A stretch of DNA of 64,000 bases, taken from positions 260,208 to 324,207 of the forward strand of contig JAKMXF010000312.1 in NCBI GenBank assembly GCA_024704765.1. The letters are read 5' to 3'. This document shows, piece after piece, positions 1 through 12,145 of the stretch. Position 1 is the stretch's first letter, and each line of letters opens with the position of its first letter. This stretch comes from Oopsacas minuta (lineage: Eukaryota > Animalia > Porifera). A program made the translations under genes and the position numbers. The notes under the pieces are model-generated. The model was not told where the DNA came from and did no database searches. It saw only the letters and a list, made by a program, of their open reading frames with translations.

Positions 1-301
1 GGAATAAATGGCCTGGTCCTGGTGTTACCCTTATTAATCAGAGTCTATTATAATAGTTTATTGAAACCGACCTCATTCCTCCGTCTCCTGTTTTCTTCTT
101 CGTCCCTTTTCCCTCCATTCTTGAAATTCCTAATCCTGCCTTGTTCTGTCATCTCAAATATTCTACAAATCTCTAACCTATCTCTTCTATAAGTACACAC
201 AGTATAAGCATAGTTCCTAACAGTACATTCAATTGTGTTTGCAAACTAGTAAGAGATGGAATTTTATTGAATATTAAATTATTATAGTTACGTATAAACT
301 A

Positions 302-577
302 TTATTTCTTATCTTCTTTATCGCTCCTATGCTCCTTGTCTTTGGGATCTTCAGTTTTCTCCTGATCTGTCCCGAGATGATCATCCATTAGATCATCTAA
401 GTTTAGTCCTACCTCCTTGATAGCTTCTCTCAAACAAACTTGATATTTGGAGAAGAGCTCTCCACAAGCTCCGTCATGATCTCTATCTCCCTGTAGGAAT
501 TTCTCTTGTAGCCATTTATTGAAACAGGAATCATATGCTTGCTTCAATTCAGTGCATTTATCGCTAATACTATCCAT
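302..577 (-). CDS. TRIAP1: TRIAP1/Mdm35 mitochondrial intermembrane-space lipid-transfer chaperone (twin CX9C)
   Basis: 91-aa ORF MDSISDKCTELKQAYDSCFNKWLQEKFLQG...CGELFSKYQVCL has the twin CX9C spacing and the CF.KW..EKFL.G motif of TRIAP1/Mdm35. Confidence 0.93.
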   Translation of the reverse strand: MDSISDKCTELKQAYDSCFNKWLQEKFLQGDRDHDGACGELFSKYQVCLREAIKEVGLNLDDLMDDHLGTDQEKTEDPKDKEHRSDKEDKK

Positions 578-1050
578 ATTTACTAGCTAATAGCACATGT
601 CAATATTTTATACATATATCATTCCTTATACCACGATACTGATTATTTCATGCATTTTGTGTGTCGAAACTCTCACGAATATCTGTCCCTGGAATTATAT
701 TCTAAAATCCAGCGATACACAAGTAATTCTATCTGATTTGTAGACATAAGTATTTGAGTGTGCGATAGGAATTACAACAATTTGTTACTTTCGAATAACA
801 ACGAAACTTCCACACTTTTTAACACTTTTCCATCTAGACTCATCAAACAACAAATCTTGCAATTCTGCCTATTAACTAACACAATGTAATCTCTAATTAC
901 TTTTCTTAATTAAATGGCGTAATATTGTAACCTGTGTATGGCAACAGCAAGGAATGTGTGGGTTGTTACAACTAACATCATTGTGTGTAGGATTTGCATC
1001 ATCTCTAATTAATTATTGAAGCCATTATTATTATTAAAATTATTATTTAG

Positions 1051-3003
1051 ATTGGACGCCAGATGAAGTCGAAAAACTTAGGACAGCTTTGCTGCAACAC
1101 GGAAAATCTTGGAACAAGATCCAGCAAGTGGTAGGGAAGCCTCATCTACAGTGTAAGATGTTCTATAATGATTTTAGCTCAATCGAGGAGTATGGATTAC
1201 AACAAGCACTGGAAGAGAGATACAAGAGAAAGGTAAACATCATTTATATACGCACACATACCTAATTAGAATAATTAATTTAGTTCCATTTTATAGGCAA
1301 AAGAACGTCAAGATAAATTAGCTGTTGATCCAGAAGACCCATTGCCTCTCTCAACCATCAGATGCCCAGAAGAACTCTCTGATACAGACTCTCCTCCTAG
1401 ACGTCCCTCTGATCCCCTACCCCTCAAGGAGAACATTTCACACCTACTTCTACTCGAGCACTCATATCATACTCGATCTAGTCAAGCAGTTACTAGAAAG
1501 GTGTGTCATAGTTCAGTACATGGTGGTGATCCTACTCAACTAACAGTATTATCCCCAGCAACACATACCAGACTCATGAAGGCCCTCAGAGACTCCTGTC
1601 ATTGTCGGTCCGGTCTCCCACGGGTGAGGAAGTACAGACGTAGCTCTGCTGCTGCTCTCCTACAGCCGTCTAACCATCGGAGACTTTCCTCTAGTACGGG
1701 GGGTAGTACCCTCAACAAAAGGACAACACTAGCTACAGAGAGATCCCGTGTGTCCCAAGAGAGACCATCTAGTGACACAACCCTTGAACACACGACTCAG
1801 ACCCGTGAGATTAACTACTCGGCAGTCATGACGTCTATAGAGCCGACTACTCCTCTGATTTCCTCAGAAGTTGTCACGGAAATAGATACCCCAACAGCTG
1901 GAGGGTTTGACAAACGAGAGCAGAGGAACTCATCTGACTACGATTCAGACCAAGAAGGAGGGAGATTAGTTATTGATACAGATGCAGATGACGTAATAGT
2001 GGAACAAGCTCATCCTGTTACTCAAGGGGGCAGTTACACTTCTCTCCCAGACCTGGAGAGAGTGGAAGATCAGGAAGTGTTCCAATCGGATGAGACCTCT
2101 GAACTCAGTCCTGACGTACTCACTGAGCTGTCCCCCACGCAGCCGATAAGGGCACGCTTTGAAGACGCTTGGGCTTATCGGTCCTCTGAGATTGATCCCC
2201 ATTGGTCTTCTGATCCCACAAGTTTCAAATTCGAGGAGTATTCCGACTTAGAACCTGACACTATAGGATTGGATGAAGGAGATGTTTTAGTTGAGAGAAT
2301 AAACCGGATTAATTTCCCACGGACAGATCCGCCACCTAAGAAATTGAATCCTTTCTCCCGTATAGATACCACACTGAAGCAAAGGAATGTTGAAGTTTCT
2401 CGTCCTATCCCAATCAAACTCAAACACAAACATCCTAAAGCTTCCTTACCCATCGAAATACAACGAACCCTCAAATCCTTAGAGGGACAACAAAAACTTT
2501 CTCAAGATTTAGTCTGGAGCGACCACAAGCGGAACGGACACTCCCCACCTCCTAAAAAACATAAGAGATTCAAACCTGAGATTTCTAACATACAAAACGG
2601 GAACAGTTTAAAAGAAGAACCTCTTGAGGACAAAGAAGCACTAAGACTACAGTATTTAGCTCAATGCAGGCCAGATCTCTACCAGCAGCATGGGATATTA
2701 CCCTATCCCTCTCTCTATCATCCTCTAAGTCAGCTGCTTCTACAGAATCCCTATCTTTCCCCTCCTCTCCTCCCACCAACCGGGAAACTAATCCTACCTC
2801 CAGGAATTCAATTTCCTATTAATAAGCAGCATGAACCTATTCTCGTACAGAACCCTATGACGAGTACCATGTCACATTCATTCCCTCCCCCTCTGCTCCT
2901 CCAGGGGTCCGGTTTATACCCTATACCGTACCCAGCGGCCCCACCTCCTGATGGACCAACACAACCACACGGAAATCATCGGGGTCCAAAATCAAACACT
3001 TAG
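1051..3003 (+). CDS. SANT/Myb-domain protein with long low-complexity C-terminus (NCoR/SMRT SANT2-like); 5' exon(s) not located
   Basis: Exon 1051-1232 reads WTPDEVEKLRTALLQHGKSWNKIQQVVGKPHLQCKMFY (SANT). A GT-AG intron at 1233-1296 joins it in frame to ORF 1342..3003, which is Ser/Pro/Glu-rich. Confidence 0.75.
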
Positions 3004-3176
3004 AAATAGCGATCGATCTGCCTTACAATTCACTTTTTATTTTTTAATCAAATAATGCTTGTAAATATATAATTAGAGTTACCTAATGATTGCTTAGTGC
3101 TGATACTATTTTTAGAACACGGGACTTCGTGCGAATGCTATTAAATAAATAATCTTTATTCACAACAATATAGAAG

Positions 3177-3903
3177 CTATTTCACAACAGCAATATCTTG
3201 ACAACAGTTATACACATCAGCTATGTTGCAATTGTTCTTCTGTGAGATGAAGCCAATATTCTCAGTACCAATACTCTATTTCTTGTAACTTTACCGTCAT
3301 ATGGAAGGTGTCATATATAATAACATACACATGTGATTATATAATAAAAGAGTTCAAATCTTCACGCAAGATCTCAGTACCAAACCATCTACCAACACTC
3401 TTGATTAGTTCCCCCTCGTTCTCTTACTCAACATGAAGAGAGATCACTCATGACGGACACAATCGATAAATACAATTCTTTAAGTAAATAAACAATACAT
3501 TGATTATCCCACCATATATCAAATACCATAGGGCCGTTGCTGTAGTTAGCTTATCGTCATGAGACTGTATTCCTATCAGGAGATGATGCAAAGTATACCA
3601 ACGCAGATTCATGATAGATAAGCAAACAATTCCTCTCATGCCTCCTACATATAATTCTTAACTGCAGAATCAGCTGTTTAGCTTTGTAGTCAGATACAAC
3701 AGACGTAACTTGAGGAAGCCTTTATCTTCTCAAGTTGAACTTTTCGACATATTTTGGTGAGTTGATTTGTTCCTCAACTGATCCTCTCTTTATTCTCTCT
3801 TTCTATATCTAATCAGTAACATAATATACTGGTTAACACGTAACTACCGATAAGGTGGATTGGTATGTACGATCGCCAGGAGAGCAGGTAGTGTCAGGTC
3901 CAT
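3177..3903 (-). CDS. Probable small multi-exon gene, unidentified, head-to-head with EIF3I
   Basis: ATG at 3903 (MDLTLPALLAIVHTNPPYR, then a GT donor). Further coding-looking segments VRERGELIKSVGRWFGTEILREDLNSF (~3350-3430) and SIGTENIGFISQKNNCNIADVYNCCQDIAVVK* ending at 3177. I could not assemble a complete frame. Confidence 0.35.
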
Positions 3904-3949
3904 TTTTTGTTGTTAAGCTAAACATAATTGTGTAATTAAATTAGTTAAA

Positions 3950-5370
3950 ATGGCTCTTATAAGAGCTCTTATGCTATTATCCCATGAGGGGCCGATATCA
4001 CAGATAAAATACAACAGAGATGGAGATCTGTTGTTCTCTGTTTCTAAGACACCGCCCGCTATGGTGTGGCGGACTGACACAGGGATGAGACTCGGGACTT
4101 ATGAGTTCGGTGAGAAATCAGCAATCAGCTGTTTAGATATAAACAAGGACACAACTCGTTTAGTGACTGGATCAGCTGGTAATATGATAAGACTTTGGGA
4201 TTGTGAGACAGGAGCATGTTTGCAAACAGGTGAATAATGTTATGGAATACAATAGAGGGTAATATGAACAATTTTGACTATCCGTAGATGTTCGTATTAA
4301 CGAGGGTTGAACCGCTCAAGGGTGTCAAAATATCTAAAAGTTTTAGGGAGAGAGTTTCATTATACATAGAAAATACAGTAGAACTCGGATAATTCTTACC
4401 GGGTTCTACTGTATTTGTACGTAACAGATTGATTGTATTAGTTACGACTCAGACCTCAGTGCGTACTTGTGAGTTCTCATCAGATGGTCAGATCATATTC
4501 TACACGACAGACGCTCAGCGTAAAATTAGCCCCGAGCTAGCGATATTAACTCTCAAACAATTTGAAGGTGGAGCATTTGATTATATCGCACAGACACACA
4601 TAACTGATTCTAAGGTTACTGCGGCTACTTGGGGGCCTTTTGACCAACATATTATAACAGGTAACAAATCTATTACGTGTTATATTCTGAACATTCCATA
4701 CGTCAATTATGGTTGCTAACTAGGTCATGAGAATGGTAGTCTAAGGTTCTATCAAGCCGACAACAGCGCGAAGCGTGTACAAGTTCTAAGAAACGAGCAA
4801 ATCCACAAAGATACAGTTACAGACCTTAAAATGACAAGTGACAAATTATTCTGTCTGTCCGCATCGAAAGATTTCACCGCCAAACTGTCAACTTCAGATC
4901 GCTTAGAAAATATTAAAACTTTCAATACAGACAGACCTGTAAATGCAGCTGCGATATCATCCCTTAGGAATCACGTGATAATAGGTAAACAATCTGATTA
5001 TAGAGTTATTTACAGTAGATTATGCTTAATGAATTACGGCTGTTTATGACAGTTTTGGGAGGACAGTAGAGGTACAATTTGCCCCCTATCTCATGGGTTT
5101 CCTTCCCTCTTTCTAGGTGGCGGACAAGAAGCGATGTGGGTGACACAGACTCACTCACACACAGGGAAGTTCGAAGCTAAAATATTCCATGTTATCTATG
5201 AACAGGAAATAGGCAGAGTCAAGGGACATTTTGGCCCAATCAATTCGTTGGCTTTCCAGCCAGACGGTCGGGGATTCAGTTCCGGCGGAGAGGATGGTGT
5301 TATCCGTATGCATCAGTTCCCAGAAATATATTATGACTTTGAATTTGACAGATTCAAATTCGACAGATAA
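3950..5370 (+). CDS. EIF3I: Eukaryotic translation initiation factor 3 subunit I (WD40), 4 exons
   Basis: Exons 3950-4229, 4442-4660, 4724-4984 and 5117-5370 join through GT-AG introns. Motifs IKYNRDGDLLFS, SVRTC, GHENG, RPVNAAAIS, GGGQEAM.VT and RVKGHFGPINSLAFQPDGRGFSSGGEDG. Confidence 0.96.
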
Positions 5371-5733
5371 CAGCTGACTTGAGGAATGTATTTAGAGAAA
5401 CTATTGTTCTAGAAATTGTTTGTAAATTCTTTTTTTAGAAATAAACAAATAATAACAACAATATTTGATCCGAAATACCAACGCGGTAACTATGGAAACA
5501 GAGACATACACGTCACTAAAGCACGTTTGGGAAGTTGGTGAATATACTGCTATTATTCATGGTATGTAATTGTATAACACAGCTGTTCCCAACTTACCTG
5601 AGCGGAGGACAGCAGATAGGTGAAAAAGGTTGAGAATCGCTGAAAATATTATGTCCCAGTGGAAGGTGCTAAAATGTAATAAATTAATAATTGAGAAATG
5701 TAACAACCAGAAAAGTACTAAAATATCAACCAA

Positions 5734-6336
5734 TCAAATCGTGTCTCTATTCCTTGGTGGTTTTATTGGATGATCAATAATAGCTCGTGTCAACCAATCA
5801 AATCCTTTGGGTATTGCATCAGCTGATATTGCAGATATGCCTAATGCAGCGTGAATACCTGTTAGTTTCGGTAGATTTTGCAACAGCTGATCGGCTACCT
5901 CCGAGGCAGGCACCGCTCCTGGGAGGTCCTGTTTGTTAGCTAGGATTAATAGTGGGAGATTAGCTAATTGTGGTCTTTCTAACACATTCTGGAGTGCTAC
6001 TCGTGACGTAGAGAAGTTGTCTTTATCAGATGCGTCTACTAACCAGATTAGGCCATGACACTCTGGAATATAGGACTCCCAAAGGGCTTGTAGTTCCTCC
6101 TGCCCTCCTAAATCCCATAGAAGGTACCTGTACTTACGAACTGTTATCTTTTCACAATTGAGCCCTACCGTTGGTGTTATTCTATCAAGGGGAACTCCTA
6201 TGTACCCCTTACAATACTCCACACGAGTTTGTTCTAAAAAAGTAGTTTTTCCTGCTTTCTCTAATCCCAAAATCAAAATACAATATTCATCCTTCTCGAA
6301 TGCATATTTCCAGAATCCGTGGAGTAGAGAAAACAT
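5734..6336 (-). CDS. ARFRP1: ADP-ribosylation factor-related protein 1, intronless
   Basis: MFSLLHGFWKYAFEKDEYCILILGLEKAGKTTFLEQ, PTVGLN, WDLGGQEELQALW and ANKQD are typical of ARFRP1. Confidence 0.95.
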   Translation of the reverse strand: MFSLLHGFWKYAFEKDEYCILILGLEKAGKTTFLEQTRVEYCKGYIGVPLDRITPTVGLNCEKITVRKYRYLLWDLGGQEELQALWESYIPECHGLIWLVDASDKDNFSTSRVALQNVLERPQLANLPLLILANKQDLPGAVPASEVADQLLQNLPKLTGIHAALGISAISADAIPKGFDWLTRAIIDHPIKPPRNRDTI

Positions 6337-6371
6337 CTAATTCAATTACTAAAACACAAATAAATACGTAG

Positions 6372-6536
6372 AGTAACTCCTGTTATATCAAACACGAATC
6401 TATAGAAATACCCGCTTATATCGAGGTGTGAAATTGTACAAATATGGTCCCAAACCGTCAAAGTAGCAAATATTCCATTGGTTATATCTAAGTAATTATC
6501 AGGGTCCCCTCAGCTTTGATATGACAGGAGTTTACT
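6372..6536. mobile_element. Short Tigger/pogo-like MITE, family T1 (other copies 23830-23980 and 34451-34585)
   Basis: Terminal inverted repeats (aactcctgttatatc ... atatgacaggagttt). Shared internal aaattgtacaaa...ccaaaccgtcaaa in three places. The 34451 copy runs CAGT...ACTG flanked by TA. Confidence 0.7.
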
Positions 6537-6560
6537 TGATAAAGATAAAAGTCTTACAAA

Positions 6561-7079
6561 TTACTTGTTATGTTTATTAATATTTACTGTATCATCTAAA
6601 ACCAGACCAATCCTACCGTTCCTCTTGTCTCCCTTTCTCCTCTGTCCTTCCCATGTCCTCGTCACACGTGGCACACTTGACACCTTACGTCTGTCACTTA
6701 CGACAACTTTTAACATAATATAAACTGTAGGTATTTTCCGTATAACTTTAAAAGAACACAAACCCTCTGTCCTCGGGGTCCATTTGTCGATTATTGTAGT
6801 TTCACTGAATTCATGAGTGACTGATAATTGTGGCAGAAGTAACTTTAACCTGTCACCTATCTCAAAACAAGTATCAATAAATTCTCCTTTCGCGTATATT
6901 AACGCGTTAGTTTCCAAGGTGTTATGAACCGTCTTTCCGTTGTCATGGTTACTGAGATAAGAATGTACAACATCAAAGTTGTTTGTTGTAACAGCAAATG
7001 TATTTGATTGATTGAAATCATGAATAGGAGATTCTATATTGTCTATCTCTTGACTGGATTGTAAAGTGTAATTGTTCAT
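6561..7079 (-). CDS. Uncharacterised 172-aa protein
   Basis: Uninterrupted ATG-started ORF with protein-like composition, 224 bp upstream of ARFRP1 on the same strand. No family recognised. Confidence 0.55.
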   Translation of the reverse strand: MNNYTLQSSQEIDNIESPIHDFNQSNTFAVTTNNFDVVHSYLSNHDNGKTVHNTLETNALIYAKGEFIDTCFEIGDRLKLLLPQLSVTHEFSETTIIDKWTPRTEGLCSFKVIRKIPTVYIMLKVVVSDRRKVSSVPRVTRTWEGQRRKGDKRNGRIGLVLDDTVNINKHNK

Positions 7080-8417
7080 TCTAACGTGTGTTTAACCGTT
7101 TAGCTGTTTAGTTAATTACCTAATAATGAGCAAAACAAGCTAGATACACTAGACTCTGCTTAATAGTCACATAGGGACCCGAATAAGTGGAATAAAGGTG
7201 TGTCGGATTAACCGGTAGCTCTATAAGCGGAGTCGCAGATATCGTTCTATGAATTCTTCCGAGACACAACCTTACGAGAAGAGGACACTCTGACCTACAT
7301 TTTCGAAATTTTGAGCAAATAAAATGGACTTATAGTTTCTGAGATATGGCCATGCAAAGCGGTTGAGCCACGAGCAATTGTGGCATAAATGAAACCCTAA
7401 TAGTCAGAGAATTAAAGGAGCAAGCTCCTATTTAATTGCAAACAAATTTCATTGTCACTCTGCTGGGACACTTTAGTATACTTCACAATTTATTGGACTA
7501 ATGTAAATCTGAAAGAATGAAAAGTAGGGAGCCGGAGGTGGAAGCACTTAATGCTCTGATTATAGTTGGCCCTGTGGAATCATAACAAGTATTATACATA
7601 TAATTAACATTCCATTACACCAAGTATAGAATAGATTATCTGTTGTAATACAAAACTCTTGATTAAGCCTTATAGAATTACAACAATAGGAAGGGGCAAT
7701 GCCAATATGCACGTGCCACGCTTATATAAATAAATCTGTATAAACTGAAATAGAATACATTATTCGTAGCGCGCATTCCTGATCGTAGCGAAGTAAGGAT
7801 TTTTGATAAGAATCCTAATGAACTCTTGAAATTTTAATCATTCGTAGAATGGTGGATGAATTTATCCAGAAAAACCCAAGATTAATGCAAAAGTGATCTA
7901 ATTAGATAAACCATAATTGTAAAAAGCAAAAAATAGCATTTAAATAGGCTAAAATAACAAATTTTACACTTTGTTTTACTAGTTACTGTAAGGCTTGTTT
8001 CTCATTCGGAATTTCTTAGAAAACAGTAACGGCGGACTGTGTTCTAGTTTATTATCTAATATGTAAATATTTGACGCTTCGTATCACATTCTTTGTGAGC
8101 AGAAAACATTGAATTTCAACGATAAAATTTGGATTGTACGATTGTGAAAAATACAAATAAAATCTTTCCCGAAATGAGAGACAAAGAATGTTACTTTACT
8201 TGAATAGATCTTTTAGTGGAGATTATTTTTGCCAAAACAGCAGGACAAATTCCATTCCATATACGCACGTGAGATTGGTAGTAAACAACAACAAAATAAC
8301 AAATAGAACCTCGTTAAGCGGTCACTGATAACAGTAAATATACCCAGATTAACGAGATTCTACATATATATTCCCGTTATCATAGCACATTTTCATAATT
8401 AGGAGACAAGACAAGAT

Positions 8418-9395
8418 ATGGCCTCAGGAAACACTCATATGGAGTTGGGGAATCTGGACAATAACAAGATATCAAAAGGAGGAATAACTACTTCATATTC
8501 TGTGATACATTTTGTCGTAGACATCGTGTTTCTTGTAATATTAATAATCGCAGGGATCATAACAGAGGCCGCGCCGCTACCGGTTGAAAGATTAGGATTC
8601 TTTTGCGATTCAGAGACGCTTAGGTTCCCATTTCTACCATCGACAATTCCAACATTGAGCTTAATATTCTTCGTATTAATACCAGCAGCGTTTATAATCG
8701 GCCTTAGCATTCTAGAGCATTTCATATACAAATACGCACATCTAAGACTCCAAACACAGCTTCCTAGTACACCATTTCACGTCAAACTACACTGCATTTA
8801 TCGTGAACTGAAGATTCCATATGGCTTATGGAAAACCATGCTTACACTGTACGCATTCATAGTAGGAATATTCCTTACACTAGTAGTGACGAATGCTATC
8901 AAATTATCTGTGGGAGAGCTCCGTCCACATTTCTTATCAATCTGCCAACCGAATTTCACAGAATTGGAATGCAGAGATAGTTTTGGCTATGCAACATATG
9001 TTACTAACTACACATGTTATGGAACAGATACAGAAAATATAAGAGAAGCTCGGCTATCTTTCCCGTCAGGTCATGCGTCTTTTATCGTCTATAACATGGT
9101 GTTCTTAATGTTCTTCTTAGAACTAAAGCCTTATATCCCTAGAGGCATCCGGTCTGCTGTAACACTGCTATTTGCATTAACTGGGATGCTAGTTGCAATT
9201 ACACGTCTCTATGATTACAAACACCATGCGAATGACGTAATTGGTGGCAGTATTATCGGCCTCGTGACTGCTATCTTCACCTATTTCTTTCATCTCAGAC
9301 TTAATACAGTACCTAGAAGTGTTGAGTCTCTAGAGGCTGCGAAATCAATAACCTCTGACGAAGCTCCCCCAGGAAATGCAACAAAGTCTAATTAG
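8418..9395 (+). CDS. Phospholipid phosphatase (PAP2/LPP, wunen-like), intronless
   Basis: Multiple TM helices. Catalytic motifs KLSVGELRPHF, SFPSGHAS and TRLYDYKHHANDVIGG; also GFFCDSETLRFP. Confidence 0.93.
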   Translation: MASGNTHMELGNLDNNKISKGGITTSYSVIHFVVDIVFLVILIIAGIITEAAPLPVERLGFFCDSETLRFPFLPSTIPTLSLIFFVLIPAAFIIGLSILEHFIYKYAHLRLQTQLPSTPFHVKLHCIYRELKIPYGLWKTMLTLYAFIVGIFLTLVVTNAIKLSVGELRPHFLSICQPNFTELECRDSFGYATYVTNYTCYGTDTENIREARLSFPSGHASFIVYNMVFLMFFLELKPYIPRGIRSAVTLLFALTGMLVAITRLYDYKHHANDVIGGSIIGLVTAIFTYFFHLRLNTVPRSVESLEAAKSITSDEAPPGNATKSN

Positions 9396-10004
9396 TAAAT
9401 TGTGCGTGGTTATTACGATAAGTTCGTCATAATCAGAATTAATTACGCTCATATTATTCATTAGTATAATTATAACAAATTACTATATAACTCTACTTTA
9501 TACCCAACCAATCCGCTTATATAAAATGTGTCCCCAACCAAGCCTTAAGCATTCAAAGTAAGATAATTAAGTTGGTTATATCGAAGTGATTAGCGCGGCC
9601 CTTTGAGATTCGATATTACGGAAGATGAGTGATAATGTAAAATAAATGAAGCTTTGAATAACAACCAAAATGCCCAAATGGAATGTGTGATGTAACTATG
9701 AATAATTATGTCTTTCTCTAAGATGAAGTTGTGGCCTGCAAAACTCTGATACTTGATTGGTCAAATGACTCTCCAAAGATTAAATGACGTCACATGTATT
9801 TCCATGTAACCCTATGACATCATAATATACTCATACGAGTTTACTGTACATTTTCTTATATGTGTATATAGTGTCAAAATATGATAAATAACAGTCGTCT
9901 TATTTAATAGCAGAACTAATCAAATGATCAGAAAAGTGTACACAATAAGTAAGATAAATCAACAGATAGTTAGTTAGTTAAGTTAGTTAGTAGACAGCTG
10001 AATA

Positions 10005-11210
10005 TTAGCTAATCAAATCCTCAAATTGTAGAAATATGTCATCACTGTCTTGAAGGTCTGCGACGTCTACTTCGTTTTCAGAAGGTTTAGGACTGAAATT
10101 TGCATTTAAAAGATCCTCGATCTGATCTTCGATTCTGACCTCATCACTTTGACTTCCGTTAATACTCTCACTGATTGAGCATCCGATAGATTCACTCAAC
10201 GAATTACCGAAATATGCAGTAGAATCCAAAGGTGATAGAATTGGTGACATCATAGGATCATCCATAGGTACCTCTGGGGTCACGTTCTCAACCAGGGAAC
10301 TTTCTGTTTTTATTTTGAGACGCTTCATGGATGGTTTTTCTTCTAGAGGCGATGAATTGACCTGTGTGCCTATTTTTATTGGCCGTGTCCTCTTTACACC
10401 TGGAACGTTGGGTTTAGGATCTGAATTGAAAGTAATTGGAGATAATTTCCTGGGTCTGTCTTCAAAAGTTATTGGGGAAGGAGGAGATTTCAAATTTGAG
10501 TTTTTTAGTAGTTTACTAGGACGTATTTGTGTCGGAATATGTCGTTCAGAGGTGTTAGTGTCGCTATGAGTAGTCAGAACTTTGAGGTTACTCATAAGAG
10601 CTGAAGATGAGTGAGGATTGTAAGAGGGTTCATCGCCAGAACGTAGGTTAACAATCGGGATAGGGGCCGGCTTCTCAATAATCGGTTTGAGAGATAATTT
10701 TAAATTTGATTTGCTTATAGAAGTATTGTATACAACTGGCTCTATGATTTTATTTGTAAACAAATTTTGTTGATTTTCAATCTGTGTCTGTTCTTGAATA
10801 GTATTCTGTTGTTGTGGGGGTATAGGTGTGTGCTTACGGATAATCGTGTTTGTTTTCTCTCCATTTGTTTGTGAGACTGATTTCTTGAGGGCCTCGGCTA
10901 GTGCTACCGGAAGCTTAGCTGTATCTCGGGGTTTCAAATGTCTGTAAGTACATTTTTTGTTCAAACATCCAGTAGGACTATTCTCGAATTTACAAATTGG
11001 GGTGTTTGATACTTGTGGGTGTCTTTTGGGACACAGTACGAGCCGACATTTTCCAGATAGCCAATCTCTACAAGGTTCCTGTGTTACTAAGCAATCTCTG
11101 GAATGTCTGAATTGACAATTCTCTCCATTTCTGCAATTTCCTTGAATAAAAAAGTAACAATCTTCACCAGTTTTACTCATCTCCAGTCGTCCCAGAAAGC
11201 TAGTGCTCAT
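10005..11210 (-). CDS. ZC3H11A: Triple CCCH zinc-finger protein, ZC3H11A-like
   Basis: MSKTGEDCYFF...C..G..CQFRH, C..W..GKC....CPKRH and CKFENSPTGC....CTYRH match the ZC3H11A N-terminus. The tail is disordered. Confidence 0.8.
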   Translation of the reverse strand: MSTSFLGRLEMSKTGEDCYFFIQGNCRNGENCQFRHSRDCLVTQEPCRDWLSGKCRLVLCPKRHPQVSNTPICKFENSPTGCLNKKCTYRHLKPRDTAKLPVALAEALKKSVSQTNGEKTNTIIRKHTPIPPQQQNTIQEQTQIENQQNLFTNKIIEPVVYNTSISKSNLKLSLKPIIEKPAPIPIVNLRSGDEPSYNPHSSSALMSNLKVLTTHSDTNTSERHIPTQIRPSKLLKNSNLKSPPSPITFEDRPRKLSPITFNSDPKPNVPGVKRTRPIKIGTQVNSSPLEEKPSMKRLKIKTESSLVENVTPEVPMDDPMMSPILSPLDSTAYFGNSLSESIGCSISESINGSQSDEVRIEDQIEDLLNANFSPKPSENEVDVADLQDSDDIFLQFEDLIS

Positions 11211-11847
11211 TCATAGAAGATTAGTAAGGAATAAATTCTATAATTTATCAAATAACCAAATTTGTAATATAACATAGCTTACCTTAGGAATGAAGTCAAA
11301 ATCAAAAGTAAATATGAATAGATTCCTATTATTCGTGTGTATTTCTTCAATAAATAGCTGTAAGGATATTAGTGCTAGTTACAATGGATAGAAAGAATAA
11401 ACAATAACAATTTACTAGGGATTTTTACAATGATAGTTGCTAGTATACTTCATTTTGGCGGCGTTCCAACGTGACGTAACACTATAAGGGAGAGGGGTTA
11501 TGAGAAGTGTGACAGCCCTGTGCATATCCTGCCCCTTAGGGAAAGTATCATTCTAGTCGAGTGTGATTAATGAATTTCTTAGAGATACAGTAACAATATT
11601 ATTATCCCATTCAGGGACAGTTTCTACAAAACAGAGGACAGAACACTCACAATATGCTGGATCAAATAGATCACATGGTAACTGTTGTGGCGATTTCGTC
11701 ACCACTTATCAAATTCAATATTATCAACAGTTAACAGAGATGTGTTACTATTCACAGCTCTATCAACTCCAGATGTTATGTAACCCTGGTACCGCTGGAC
11801 GGAAGGAGATAACTCCTAACGTCCTCGGCCAAAGGGTAGATACAGTC

Positions 11848-11918
11848 GATACCAGTTATAAGAACAGATTTTGCTACCCCCACGAGGTTACGGGTTCTTA
11901 TAACCGGTATCCACTTTA
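11848..11918. mobile_element. Short Tigger-like MITE, family T3 (related copies ~17950-18013 and ~53700-53765)
   Basis: tacagtcgataccagttataagaac ... gttcttataaccggtatccact inverted termini; the same terminus recurs elsewhere in the window. Confidence 0.6.
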
Positions 11919-12145
11919 CAAATGATACTAAAATTAGAACATTCATGTAATGATTTAAAGAAAAGTCTTTCCTCAGTTCTCAATCTCTCCTGGAGGGTTT
12001 GTGATAATTAGTAAAGGTGTTAAGTAAGTAATTAAACTTAAGGTAGAATTATACTTAGTTGTTATTCATTATATAAGGAAATAGAAATAAAATGAAAATA
12101 GGAAAATAGTAGAAAATAACAAATAATATAAATATTAGGAATAAA

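Noticed and set aside
11563-11925. 120-aa plus-strand ORF
   Set aside because: GTG start, runs into a MITE, and has no recognisable motif.
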